Of a stretch of 64,000 bases of DNA, positions 35,409 to 45,140 are shown one piece after another. Below the pieces are notes generated by a model. That model saw only the letters and a list, made by a program, of their open reading frames with translations, ran no database searches and was not told where the DNA came from. This DNA is from an uncultured delta proteobacterium (GTDB lineage: Bacteria > Myxococcota > Myxococcia > SLRQ01). A program made the translations under genes and the position numbers. Position 1 is the stretch's first letter, and the number at the start of each line of letters is the position of its first letter. The DNA is taken from contig CAVSGM010000002.1 of the NCBI GenBank assembly GCA_963727485.1, positions 512,001 through 576,000 on the forward strand, written 5' to 3'.

Positions 35409-36173
35409 CTACGGGCGAGCGCCGTCGAGGGCGTCGATGACCGCCCGGGCCAGGTCCTCGGCCCTCGGCGTCGCCGCGGCGGTGCCCGGGAGCCCCGCGG
35501 CCTCGAGGGCGGCGAGGGTGGTCCCGCCGATGGCCACCAGGGCGACGTCGCGAAGGCGCGCCGCGTCGTCGCCGAGCCCCTCGACCAGCGCCTCCACCCC
35601 GGAGGGCGAGGTGAAGACCACCGCGTCCAGGCGCCCCTGGCGCAGGTCCGCCCGGAGGACCTCCGCGGCCGCCGGGCGCCCCACGGTCCGGTAGGCGGTG
35701 ACCACGGTGACCGCCGCCCCCCGGGCCCGGGCGCCGTCGGGGAAGAGGTCGAGCCCCCCCTCGGCCCGGGGAAGCAGGACCCGGGCGCCGGCGAGGGCGC
35801 CTTCGGGGAAGACGTCGAGGAGCGCCTCCGCCCCACCCCGGTCCGGCTGGAGCGCCACCGGGATCCCGGCGTCCCCCAGGGCCCGGGCCGTGGCCCGGCC
35901 CACCGCGGCGACCCGGGCGCCGCCGAGACCCGCCGCGGTCGCCCCGGCGCCGACCACCGCCGCCACCGCGTTCGCGGACGTGAACACCACCCAGTCCCAC
36001 CCCTCGGCCAGGGTCGCCGCCAGCGCCCCGGGATCCGCCGGGGGCGCCACCTCGATGGCGGGCGCCAGGCGCACCTCGGCCCCCAGGGTCTCCAGGCGGT
36101 CCACCAGCTCTCCGGCCCGTGCCGCCGGCCGGGTCACGGCCACCAGGCGCCCGGCGAGAGGCCGGCCAGCCAC
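35409..36173 (-). CDS. hemD: Uroporphyrinogen-III synthase
   Basis: [27 protein letters not shown]; follows hemC. Confidence 0.9.
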   Translation of the reverse strand: MAGRPLAGRLVAVTRPAARAGELVDRLETLGAEVRLAPAIEVAPPADPGALAATLAEGWDWVVFTSANAVAAVVGAGATAAGLGGARVAAVGRATARALGDAGIPVALQPDRGGAEALLDVFPEGALAGARVLLPRAEGGLDLFPDGARARGAAVTVVTAYRTVGRPAAAEVLRADLRQGRLDAVVFTSPSGVEALVEGLGDDAARLRDVALVAIGGTTLAALEAAGLPGTAAATPRAEDLARAVIDALDGARP

Positions 36174-36176
36174 CCC

Positions 36177-37113
36177 TCAAGCCTCCTGGGCGTAGACCGC
36201 CGCGAGGATGTCCCGGGCGCCGTCGGCGAGGAGCCGATCCCCGAGACCGCGGCCCAGGGCCTCGGCGCCCGCGGGGTCGGCCCGGTCCTCGGCGCGGATC
36301 ACCCGGCCGCCGTCGAGGTCGGCGACCAGGGCCCGCATCCACAGGCCCCCGCCGTCGACCACGCAGTACCCACCGATGGGCACCTGGCACCCGCCCTCGA
36401 GGCGATCGAGCAGGGCCCGCTCGGCGGCGACGCAGCGCCCGGTGTCCGGGTCGTCGAGGACCGAGACCAGCCCCCGCACCCGGTCGTCGTCGAGGCGCGC
36501 CTCGAGACCCAAGGCCCCCTGGCCGATGGCCGGGAGCGAGACCTCCGGGTCGAGGCGCTCGGTGATCCGCTCGCCGAAGCCCAGGCGCTTGAGGCCGGCG
36601 CAGGCGAGGATCACCGCGGCGAGGTCGTCGCTCTCGAGCTTGCCGAGGCGGGTGCCGACGTTGCCGCGGATGCTCGACCATCTCGAGGTCCGGGCGCCTC
36701 GCCTTGAGCTGGGCGGCGCGCCGGAGGCTGCTGGTGCCCACCCGCGCCCCCTGGGGGAGGCTGGCGAAGCCGGGGGTCGCCTTCGGGTCTCGGGCGACGA
36801 AGGCGTCGTGGGGGTCCTCGCGGGCGGACGTGGCCACCAGCCCCAGGCCCTCGGGGAGGACGGTGGGCACGTCCTTCATGGAGTGGACCGCGAGGTCGAT
36901 GTCGCCGGAGAGGAGGCGCTCCTCGATCTCCTTGACGAACAGCGCCTTGCCCCCGACCTGGGCCAGGGGCACGTCGAGGATCTTGTCCCCCATGGTGACC
37001 ACGTGGACCAGCTCGACCTCGAGGCCATCATGGGCCGCCTCGAGGCGGGCCTTCACGTGCTCCGCCTGCCACAGGGCCAGCGGGCTCTTCCGGGTTCCGA
37101 TGCGCAGCCTCAC
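36177..37113 (-). CDS. hemC: Porphobilinogen deaminase (one frameshift near 36675)
   Basis: [40 protein letters not shown] in the second frame. Confidence 0.94.
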
Positions 37114-38549
37114 CCCTGCCCCTTTCCACCTGCCCTGTCGATGGGCACCACGTTGTTCACCACGCCCCCGTGGTCGTCTTCGTCGTCGTCCCCGGCCGCC
37201 GCGCCGCCCCCGCCCTCGCGCTCGAGGCGGGCCAGCCGCGCCGCCCGGCGCCGGGCCTTCTCGGAGGCGATGGCGGCGGTGACCGCGTCCACGTCGAGGG
37301 CGAAGAGGCTGACCACCGCCGCGGCGAGGCGCTCGCCGTCGTGGGTGGCCGCCGTGCCCCGGAGGACGGTGGTGGGCTCGTGGAGGAGCTTGTTCACGAT
37401 GGCCTGGGCCATGGCCTCCACGCTCTGCACCTGCTTGTCGGTGAGCCCGGCGCCGGCGAGGTTCGCGAGCGTCCGGGCGGCCTCGGCCTCGGCGATCTCC
37501 GAGGCGGTGTGGCGCAGGGCCGCCACCACGGGCATCACCGCCCTCGCCTGCTCCTCGGCGAGGTACTCGGCGACCTCCCGGCGGACGATGCGATCGCCCT
37601 TCTCGGCCTCCTGGGCCCGCTGCCGGAGGTTGTCGTCGACGACCTTCTCCATGTCGTCGACGTCGTAGGCGTAGACGTTGTCGAGGTCGTTGACCGCCGG
37701 GTCCACGTCCCGGGGGACCGCCAGGTCGATGAGGAAGATGGGCCGGTAGCGCCGCGCCCGGATGACCTTGGCCATCTGGTCCCGGGTGATGAGGAAGCCC
37801 GGGGCGGCGGTGGAGGAGAGGACGATGTCCACCTCCTCGAGCAGCGCGCCCACCTGGGAGAGGGGCCGCGCCTCGCCGGCGAACCTGGCGGCCAGGGCCT
37901 CGGCCTTGTCCAGGGAGCGGTTGGCGACCACCACGCTCCCGGCGCCGTTGGTCCGCAGGTGGGTGGCGGCCAGCTCGCTCATCTCGCCGGCGCCCATGAT
38001 GAGGATGCGCTTGTCCTTGAGCTCGCCGAAGATCTTCCGGGCGAGCTCCACGGCGACGAAGCTCATGGAGACCGCGTTCTCCCCGATGGTGGTCTCGTTG
38101 CGGATCTTCTTGGCCACCTGGAAGGCACGGCTGAAGATGCGCTCGATGCGGGGGCCGGCGTTGCGGCTCTCCCGGGCCGCCTGGAAGCCGGTCTTCACCT
38201 GTCCCAGGATCTGGGGCTCGCCCACGACCATGGAGTCGAGGCTCGAGGCCACGCGGAACAGGTGGGTCAGGGCCTGGGCGCCGGTCTTGAGGTAGAGGTG
38301 GGGCGCCAGGTCGGTGGCGCTGCGCTCGGCCATCCAGTCCGCCACCTCCGCGGTCCCCGAGTCCCCGTCGGCGGCGATGCCGTAGATCTCGGTGCGGTTG
38401 CAGGTGGAGACGATGATGGTCTCGCTGATCCCCGGCAGGCGCCGGAGCCGGGAGAGCGCCAGCTCCAGGGCGTCCCCGGAGAACGCGAGTCGTTCGCGCA
38501 CCTCGATGGGGGCGGTCTTGTGGGAGAGTCCGGCGAGGAAGAGGTCCAT
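37110..38549 (-). CDS. hemA: Glutamyl-tRNA reductase
   Basis: [31 protein letters not shown]. Confidence 0.96.
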   Translation of the reverse strand: MDLFLAGLSHKTAPIEVRERLAFSGDALELALSRLRRLPGISETIIVSTCNRTEIYGIAADGDSGTAEVADWMAERSATDLAPHLYLKTGAQALTHLFRVASSLDSMVVGEPQILGQVKTGFQAARESRNAGPRIERIFSRAFQVAKKIRNETTIGENAVSMSFVAVELARKIFGELKDKRILIMGAGEMSELAATHLRTNGAGSVVVANRSLDKAEALAARFAGEARPLSQVGALLEEVDIVLSSTAAPGFLITRDQMAKVIRARRYRPIFLIDLAVPRDVDPAVNDLDNVYAYDVDDMEKVVDDNLRQRAQEAEKGDRIVRREVAEYLAEEQARAVMPVVAALRHTASEIAEAEAARTLANLAGAGLTDKQVQSVEAMAQAIVNKLLHEPTTVLRGTAATHDGERLAAAVVSLFALDVDAVTAAIASEKARRRAARLARLEREGGGGAAAGDDDEDDHGGVVNNVVPIDRAGGKGQG

Positions 38550-38575
38550 GGTGCGGGGGGGGCTTGGGAGCCGGC

Positions 38576-39397
38576 TCAGGTGAAGCTGCCCCAGTGCCGA
38601 CCGAGGTCGAACATCCGGAGGGTGACGAAGGAGCCAATCATGACGGCGAAACCAAGGAGGGTGATAAGCGCGGCACGGCGTCCGCGCCAACCCGCGATCC
38701 ACCGGGAGACGATGAGCCCTGCGTAGAGCACCCAGGCGAGGATGGCGCTGACCTGCCTCGGGTCCCAGGCGAAGTAGCTGTGCCACAGGCGCCCGGCCCA
38801 GAGGGTGCCGGTGATGATCGCCAGGGAGAGGAGCACGAAGCCCACCCGGACCAGGTTGTAGTTCAGGGCGTCGAGGGCCTCGAGGGACGGCAGGCGGCCA
38901 TAGAGCCCCCCGAAATCCTTGGACTTCATCTTGTGCTCGAGGATGAGGTAGAGGACCGCCACCGCCGCGGCCACCGCCAGGGAAGCGTCCCCGAGGAAGG
39001 CCATGGTGATGTGGATGGGCAGCCAGGTGCTCCGAAGCGACGCCGGAGGCGGCCCGCCGTTCTGGGGGATGAGCACCGAGGAGATCATCGCCACCACCAC
39101 CAGCGGGGTGACGAAGGCGCCGATGACCGCCCGCTTCACCTTGGCCTGGATGATCAGGTAGACGATGGCGAGGCTGAAGGCGAACCAGCTCAGGGCCTCG
39201 CGGAAGTTGGCCACCGGGGTGAGGCCGAGCTGGACCCACCGCAGGCCGATGGTCACCGCGTGGGTGACCACGGCGCCGTAGAGGAGCCAGAGGCCGAAGC
39301 GCTCGGTCCTCACCCGCGGGGCCAAGAGGTGGCCCAGGTAGGCGAAGGCCGACAGGACGTAGAGGACCGTGCTGATCTTGAGGAAGAGGAAGGCCAT
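38576..39397 (-). CDS. ccsA: Cytochrome c biogenesis CcsA/HemX-type membrane protein
   Basis: Multi-[16 protein letters not shown]...W...WDP, GWRGRR; upstream of hemA. Confidence 0.8.
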   Translation of the reverse strand: MAFLFLKISTVLYVLSAFAYLGHLLAPRVRTERFGLWLLYGAVVTHAVTIGLRWVQLGLTPVANFREALSWFAFSLAIVYLIIQAKVKRAVIGAFVTPLVVVAMISSVLIPQNGGPPPASLRSTWLPIHITMAFLGDASLAVAAAVAVLYLILEHKMKSKDFGGLYGRLPSLEALDALNYNLVRVGFVLLSLAIITGTLWAGRLWHSYFAWDPRQVSAILAWVLYAGLIVSRWIAGWRGRRAALITLLGFAVMIGSFVTLRMFDLGRHWGSFT

Positions 39398-39400
39398 GGG

Positions 39401-39880
39401 CTAGCGCAGGTTGTCGAGGAGGAAGCGCGCCAGCATCGCCTCCGCGTCCTCGTCGGGTGGGGGTTCGGCGTCGGGGGGGGGCGGCTCGGGGGCCGGCTCG
39501 GGGGGGGAGGCCTCGGGGGCCGCTTCGGGGGCGGGTGCCGGGGGCTCGGCGGCGGCGTGCTCGGGGGGGCGCGCGCCTTCGGGGAGGCGGACCTTGGCGA
39601 GGAAGCCGTTCTGCACGTCGTAGGCGGTGTCCTCGAGGATCACCGAGTCGGCGTAGTGCTCGCCCCCGGCCTCGGCGACCTGGTCCAAGGTCTTCACCTT
39701 GCCGATGAGCCCGGCCGGGTCGCCGCCATCGCCGGCCACCTGGACGAAGCGCACCGCCGGCTCGAGGACATAGCGGCGGGCGTCCCCCCGGATGACCATC
39801 TCGTTGCCGGAGAAGTCGATCTTCTCCTGCATCATCCAGTTGTCGAGCATCTCCTGGGAGACGAAGAGGAAGTCGGCCAT
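39401..39880 (-). CDS. Hypothetical protein
   Basis: Host-like codon usage; globular N-terminus, Pro/Glu linker, C-terminal helix LARFLLDNL. Confidence 0.7.
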   Translation of the reverse strand: MADFLFVSQEMLDNWMMQEKIDFSGNEMVIRGDARRYVLEPAVRFVQVAGDGGDPAGLIGKVKTLDQVAEAGGEHYADSVILEDTAYDVQNGFLAKVRLPEGARPPEHAAAEPPAPAPEAAPEASPPEPAPEPPPPDAEPPPDEDAEAMLARFLLDNLR

Positions 39881-40076
39881 GCAGGGTCCAGGGGCGGGTC
39901 GAGGGTGGCGCGGCGCGGCCGCGGGGGCAACCATAAGCAGCATGGGGCGCCAGGAGGCAAGCGCACGCGTTCGCCGGCGCCCCGCTGGTTTGACCGCCTG
40001 CCCCTGTCGTACTAGATCCACGCTCCCCGGACACCCCTGATCCCCCGGGACGCAACCCACTCAAGGAGTACCGACC

Positions 40077-40406
40077 ATGGCCTCGGAGCAGATCATCGAG
40101 CTCACCGACGACAACTGGCAGAAGGAGGTCATCTCCTCCGACCAGCCCGTCCTCGTGGACTTCTGGGCCCCCTGGTGCGTCCCCTGCCGCGCCATCGCCC
40201 CCCACGTCGAGGCCCTGGCGGCCCAGTACGAGGGCAAGGTCCGGGTGGGCAAGATCAACATCGACGACCACCAGCAGCCGCCCCGCCAGTACGGCGTCCG
40301 CGGCATCCCCACCCTGCTGCTCTTCAAGGACGGCAAGGTGGTCGACCAGATTGTCGGGGCCGTGGGCAAGGACAAGCTCGAGGCCATGATCACCAAGCAG
40401 CTCTAG
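40077..40406 (+). CDS. trxA: Thioredoxin
   Basis: VDFWAPWCVPC, GIPTL; AAGGAG SD. Confidence 0.93.
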   Translation: MASEQIIELTDDNWQKEVISSDQPVLVDFWAPWCVPCRAIAPHVEALAAQYEGKVRVGKINIDDHQQPPRQYGVRGIPTLLLFKDGKVVDQIVGAVGKDKLEAMITKQL

Positions 40407-40448
40407 GGCTGCCCCGCGGCCCCGGGGCGGGCCGCCAGCGCCGGGCGA

Positions 40449-41561
40449 TCAGAACATCGTCCGGCGCATGCTCACGTTGAGCAAGAGCCCCACCGCCAGC
40501 AGGGTGGTCACCACGTTGGACCCGCCGTAGCTCATCAGCGGCAGGGTCACGCCGACCACCGGCAGCACCCCCGTGACCATCCCGATGTTCACGAACACGT
40601 GCCAGAAGACGATGGCCGCCGCCCCCACCGAGAGGAAGACCCCGAAGCGGTCCTTGGCCTGGGAGGCGACGTTGACGGCCATCCCCAGGAGCACCGCGTA
40701 GAGGCCGATGAGGAGCACGCTCCCCCAGAAGCCGTGCTCCTCCGCCCACACCGAGAAGATGAAGTCGGTGTGCTGCTCGGGGAGGAACGAGAGCTGGGTC
40801 TGGGTCCCCTCGCCCCACCCCTTGCCCCACAGCCCCCCGGAGCCGATGGCGATCATCGACTGGTTGGCGTGGTAGCCGGCGCCGAGTGCGTCGCCCTCGG
40901 GGTTGAGGAAGGTGAGGATGCGCTGCTTCTGGTAGTCCTTGAGCAGCCACAGCCAGCTGGTGGCCGCCAGCGCCACCCCGGCGCCGGCGAGCCCGATGAG
41001 GGTCCTCTTCTCGACCCGGGCGAAGAGGATCAGGGTGCCGCCGATGGCGAGGATGAGCATCGCCGTCCCCAGGTCCGGCTGCTTCATCACCAGGGCCACG
41101 GGGATGAGGACCAACAGCGCCGGCCGCCACAGGCGCAGGAGGGTCTGGCCCTGCTTGTCCTCCTTGTCCTCGTGGTAGTAGCGCGCCAGCGCCAGGACCA
41201 CCGCGAGCTTGGCGAGCTCCGAGGGCTGGAAGCGGATGCCGAAGTCGAGCCACCGCTGGGCGCCCTTGCTCACCTGCCCGAACATCAGGGTGGCCACCAG
41301 CAGCCCCACCACCGCGATGTAGAAGGGATAGGCGGCGTGGAGGAGGTGGCGGTAGTCGAAGGCCGAGAGGAGGAGCGCCGCCACCAGGCCCACGCCGATC
41401 CACACCGCCTGGGGCGCCCAGACGTTGGCGTGGGCGGCCCGGCTGGCGCTGGCGAGGTTCCACACCCCGATGACGCCGATGGTGAGGGTGATGGCCAGAA
41501 GCCCCCAGTTGAAGTTCTTGATCAGCCGGCGCTCGGCGGGCTGGTAGAGCATGGCGCTCAC
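40449..41561 (-). CDS. rodA: Rod shape-determining SEDS protein RodA
   Basis: GAQRW, QPSE, QPDLGT, LPEQHTDFIF, LPLMSYGGS. Confidence 0.93.
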   Translation of the reverse strand: MSAMLYQPAERRLIKNFNWGLLAITLTIGVIGVWNLASASRAAHANVWAPQAVWIGVGLVAALLLSAFDYRHLLHAAYPFYIAVVGLLVATLMFGQVSKGAQRWLDFGIRFQPSELAKLAVVLALARYYHEDKEDKQGQTLLRLWRPALLVLIPVALVMKQPDLGTAMLILAIGGTLILFARVEKRTLIGLAGAGVALAATSWLWLLKDYQKQRILTFLNPEGDALGAGYHANQSMIAIGSGGLWGKGWGEGTQTQLSFLPEQHTDFIFSVWAEEHGFWGSVLLIGLYAVLLGMAVNVASQAKDRFGVFLSVGAAAIVFWHVFVNIGMVTGVLPVVGVTLPLMSYGGSNVVTTLLAVGLLLNVSMRRTMF

Positions 41562-43573
41562 GGGTGCTCCGCGGCGAGCTGGGCCTTGGGAGCCAGGCCC
41601 GCGGGATGCTTGGGGTGGGACGGATGCGCCGGCGGCGACACCTGGGGGGCGTCCTGGGGCGGCGGCGGCGGGGTCGGGGCCCGGGCGGCCTGGTCCTCGG
41701 CCTTGAGCTTGAAGTAGCCCTCGATGACCTTCATCACCGTGGGCTCCGACGCCGAGGCCCCCTCGCCGCCGTGCTCGTTGACCACCGCCACGGCGATCTC
41801 CGGGTTCTCGGCGGGGGCGAAACCGACGAACCAGCCGTGGTCGCGCTGGAGGTAGGCCATGTCCTCGTTGTGGACCCGGTTCTTGCCCATGCGGATCACC
41901 TGGGCGGTCCCGGTCTTCCCGGCGACCATCACGTCCAGGTGCTTGGGCCGGCGCCACCAGGCGGTGCCCCCGCGCTCGTTGACCACCATCTCCAGGCCCT
42001 TGCGGACGGTGGCGAGGTACTCGGGCTTGATGTCGATCTTCCGGTGCACCACCGGGAGGAACTCCTTGAGGACGTGGCCCTGGGCGTCCTCGATGCGGCG
42101 CACCAGCTGGGGCCGGTAGAGGGTGCCGCCGTTGCCGATGGCCGAGTACGCCATCACCAGCTGCATCGGGGTGACGTTGATGTCCCCCTGGCCGATGGCG
42201 TCGTTGAGGGCGAAGCCGCGCTGGTAGCCGTAGGGCGCGTGCTTGTCGTACCACTTCTCGTCGGGGATGAGCCCGGGCACCTCGTGGGGGAGCCCGATGC
42301 CCGTGGGCGAACCCAGGCCGAACATCCGCGCCATCTGGGCGATGGGATCGATGCCCAGCTTGTCCCCGAGCCAGTAGAAGTAGGTGTCGCAGGAGTGCTG
42401 GATGGCGTGGGTCATGTCCATGAACCCGTGGCCCGCCGCCCGCCAGCACCGCCACCGTCGTCGCCCCAGGGTGTAGCCGCCGTGGCAGATCGTGCCGTCG
42501 GTGGCGGTGACCGTCCCGGTGTGGAGCCCCGCCAGGGCCACGAAGGGCTTGAAGGTGGACCCGGGGGGGTACTGCTGCTGGATGGCCCGGAAGAGCATGG
42601 GCTGCTCCGGGTCGTCGGCGAGCGTCTTCATCTGCCGGGCGGTGATCCCCGAGGACATGAGGTTGGGGTCGTAGGAGGGCCGGGAGACCATCGCCAGGAT
42701 GTAGCCGGTCTGGGGGTCCACCGCGACCACCGCCCCGGAGCGCCCGGGGAAGGCCTTCTCGGCGATCTCCTGGAGGCGCACGTCCACCGAGAGGACCAGG
42801 TTGTGGCCGGGGATCGCCGGGTGGAGGCGCTCGTCCTTGGGGATGAGCGGCGGCGCGTCGGCGCCGTGGTGCTCGATGCGCCGGCCCTTGGCGTCGACCA
42901 CCACCTGCTCCCAGCCGTCCACCCCCCGCAGCTGGCTCTCGAAGCGCTTCTCCAGGCCCTCGCGGCCCACGGCGTCGCCAAGATGGTAGGGCAGGCCCTG
43001 CTTCTCCGCGGCCTCGAGCTCGGCCCGGCTGATCTCGTTCATGTAGCCCAGGGCGTGGGCCAGCGTCTTGCCGTAGCGGTAGTTGCGCTGGGGGTTGACG
43101 CGGACGTCCACGCCGTCGAGCTCGAGGCGGTGGGCGTCGACCCAGTCGAGGGCGTCCCGGGGGATGTCCTTGGCCACCGTCACCGCCCGGAAGCGCTCGA
43201 GGCCGTGGGCGTCGGCGATCTTGTGCTCCACCCGGTCGAGGCGCTCGGGGTCGAGGCCGAGCACCGGCACCAGCCGCGCCAGGGTCCCGGGCACGTCGCC
43301 GCAGAACGCCGGGGTGAGCTCCACGTCGTAGCTCGGCCGCTCGTCCACCAGGATGGTGCCCCGGCGGTCGAGGATCATCCCCCGGTCGGCGGGGATCTCC
43401 ACGCGCTTGACGAAGTTGGAGCGGGAGCGCTCGGCGTAGTAGTCGCCGCGGCTGACCTGCAGGTAGTAGAGGCGCCCGGCGAGGATGGCGAAGCAGCCGA
43501 GCGCCACCCCCAGGACCCAGGCGTAGCGGCTCCGGTAGTCGCGCCCCTCGCCCTGGGCCGGCAGCAGGCTCAT
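41558..43573 (-). CDS. mrdA: Penicillin-binding protein 2
   Basis: RG.I.DR.G, PGSTFK, SCD, GKTGTAQ. Confidence 0.94.
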   Translation of the reverse strand: MSLLPAQGEGRDYRSRYAWVLGVALGCFAILAGRLYYLQVSRGDYYAERSRSNFVKRVEIPADRGMILDRRGTILVDERPSYDVELTPAFCGDVPGTLARLVPVLGLDPERLDRVEHKIADAHGLERFRAVTVAKDIPRDALDWVDAHRLELDGVDVRVNPQRNYRYGKTLAHALGYMNEISRAELEAAEKQGLPYHLGDAVGREGLEKRFESQLRGVDGWEQVVVDAKGRRIEHHGADAPPLIPKDERLHPAIPGHNLVLSVDVRLQEIAEKAFPGRSGAVVAVDPQTGYILAMVSRPSYDPNLMSSGITARQMKTLADDPEQPMLFRAIQQQYPPGSTFKPFVALAGLHTGTVTATDGTICHGGYTLGRRRWRCWRAAGHGFMDMTHAIQHSCDTYFYWLGDKLGIDPIAQMARMFGLGSPTGIGLPHEVPGLIPDEKWYDKHAPYGYQRGFALNDAIGQGDINVTPMQLVMAYSAIGNGGTLYRPQLVRRIEDAQGHVLKEFLPVVHRKIDIKPEYLATVRKGLEMVVNERGGTAWWRRPKHLDVMVAGKTGTAQVIRMGKNRVHNEDMAYLQRDHGWFVGFAPAENPEIAVAVVNEHGGEGASASEPTVMKVIEGYFKLKAEDQAARAPTPPPPPQDAPQVSPPAHPSHPKHPAGLAPKAQLAAEHP

Positions 43574-44088
43574 CGGAGCCAGGCCTCGCCGCTGTCGTCG
43601 GCGACGAGGCGGCGGTCCACCGCGCCGGCGAGGTGGTAGACCAGGGGCACGCACACCGCCGAGGCGAGCACGTCCCAGGCGATGGTCCCGGCGACCCGCG
43701 AGAAGCCCACGTCGCCCAACCGCCCGGTCATGGCCAGGAGCACCACCGCCCCCACCGAGAACGCCGCCTGGGCCGCGGCCCCGACGAAGACCAGGAGCGG
43801 CGTGGGGACGTCGAGGGCCTGGGAGAAGAGGCGGACGCCCACGAAGGTGGCCTCGGCGAGGAAGATCGAGAGGCCCGGGGGCGTGCCCCCGAACACGTCC
43901 ATGGCGTAGCCCACCAGGGCCGAGCCCACCGCCCCGTCGATGCCCCCGGCCTTCACCGCCAGGTAGACGACCAGCCCGAGGCCCAGGTGGAGGGCGAAGC
44001 GGTGGATCCCGAAGGCGGCGAGGAGGCTCGTCTCCAGGGCGGCCAGGGCGAGGCCGAGGAAGGCGAAGACCAGCACCCGGCGGGTCAC
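43570..44088 (-). CDS. mreD: Rod shape-determining protein MreD
   Basis: Hydrophobic 172-aa protein between mreC and mrdA with G...D.F.G motif. Confidence 0.72.
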   Translation of the reverse strand: MTRRVLVFAFLGLALAALETSLLAAFGIHRFALHLGLGLVVYLAVKAGGIDGAVGSALVGYAMDVFGGTPPGLSIFLAEATFVGVRLFSQALDVPTPLLVFVGAAAQAAFSVGAVVLLAMTGRLGDVGFSRVAGTIAWDVLASAVCVPLVYHLAGAVDRRLVADDSGEAWLR

Positions 44089-44999
44089 GGCAGGGTCCCC
44101 GGGTGCGTCTGGGCGACCTTGGCCGCGGTCCCGGCGGGGATCGGCGCCCCGGCGGCGGCCGGGGCCGCGGCGCGCCGCCTGGGGCCGGTGAGCACCAGGA
44201 CCTCCTCGACCTTGGAGAGGTCCACCGCCGGGACCACCGAGGCCGCCTGGAACATCCCGTACTGCTTGCGGGTGACCTTGGTCACCCGGCCCACCGGGAG
44301 CCCCTTGGGGAAGATGCCGCCGGTGCCCGCGGTGACCAGCAGGTCGCCCTCGGCGATGTCGTCGGTGCGCAGGGCGTTGGAGAGCCGGGCCTGCCCCAGG
44401 TCGCCGGTGCCCCGGACGGTGGCCCGGGCCCGGGAGCGGCTCACCTGCACGGCGATGGCGCTGTTGGGGTCGGCGAGGAGCATCACGTCGGCCCACCCGG
44501 GCCCGGCGGAGACCACGCTGCCCACCACCCCCGCCGGGGTCACCACCGCCCGGCCGGGGACGATGCCGGCGTTGGTGCCCTGGCCCAGGCGCACGGTGCG
44601 GACCAGGGCCGGGTCGCCGCCGACGGCGATGATGGGGGCGGCGACGGACCGGGTGCCCACGGTGCGCCGGAAGTCGAGGAGGCCCCGGAGCCGGCGGTTC
44701 TCCTGGCGCAGCTCCGCCTGGGCCGTGGCCTCGCCCTCGAGGCGGAGGACCTGCCGGCGCAGGCGCTGGTTGTGGTCGCGGACGTGGACGAGATCGACGT
44801 AGCCGAACCAGAGGTCCTGGGCCCCGTCGACGGTCCAGACCACCGCCCGCTGCGCCGGGGAGAAGACCGTCACCAGCCCCCGCTCGAAGACGTTGCGCTC
44901 CCCCGCGGCCCGGCTCTCGGACAGGAACAGGAGCAGGGGCAGCACCAGGAGCGCCGCCACCGCGAGGAGCTCACGATACCGCCGGATCAGGTCGAGCAT
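44085..44999 (-). CDS. mreC: Rod shape-determining protein MreC
   Basis: ENRRLRGLL coiled coil, T.GTGGIFPKGLPVG. Confidence 0.92.
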   Translation of the reverse strand: MLDLIRRYRELLAVAALLVLPLLLFLSESRAAGERNVFERGLVTVFSPAQRAVVWTVDGAQDLWFGYVDLVHVRDHNQRLRRQVLRLEGEATAQAELRQENRRLRGLLDFRRTVGTRSVAAPIIAVGGDPALVRTVRLGQGTNAGIVPGRAVVTPAGVVGSVVSAGPGWADVMLLADPNSAIAVQVSRSRARATVRGTGDLGQARLSNALRTDDIAEGDLLVTAGTGGIFPKGLPVGRVTKVTRKQYGMFQAASVVPAVDLSKVEEVLVLTGPRRRAAAPAAAGAPIPAGTAAKVAQTHPGTLP

Positions 45000-45061
45000 T
45001 GAGGGGGAAGGCCGCCGCGGAACCGACGGTTGAAGGGGCGCCGGAGACCGTGCTGAAGCGC

Positions 45062-45095
45062 TTGCATCTTCGGGGGGGGTCGAGTAGGTTGTCAA
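45062..45095. promoter_or_regulatory. Overlapping divergent promoter candidates (ppiD / mreC)
   Basis: Plus strand TTGCAT-N17-TAGGTT; minus strand TTGACA at 45090-45095; shared G8 run in the spacer. Confidence 0.5.
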
Positions 45096-45140
45096 CCCCC
45101 TAAATCCCCATTCTAACGAGATAATTCCGGCAGGACACTC

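Noticed and set aside
40077..40406. Thioredoxin WCVPC rather than WCGPC
   Set aside because: A minor natural variant; the rest of the fold is canonical.
44085..45140. mreB missing upstream of mreC
   Set aside because: As I recall, mreB is also unlinked from mreCD-mrdA-rodA in other myxobacteria; absence from this window does not show loss.
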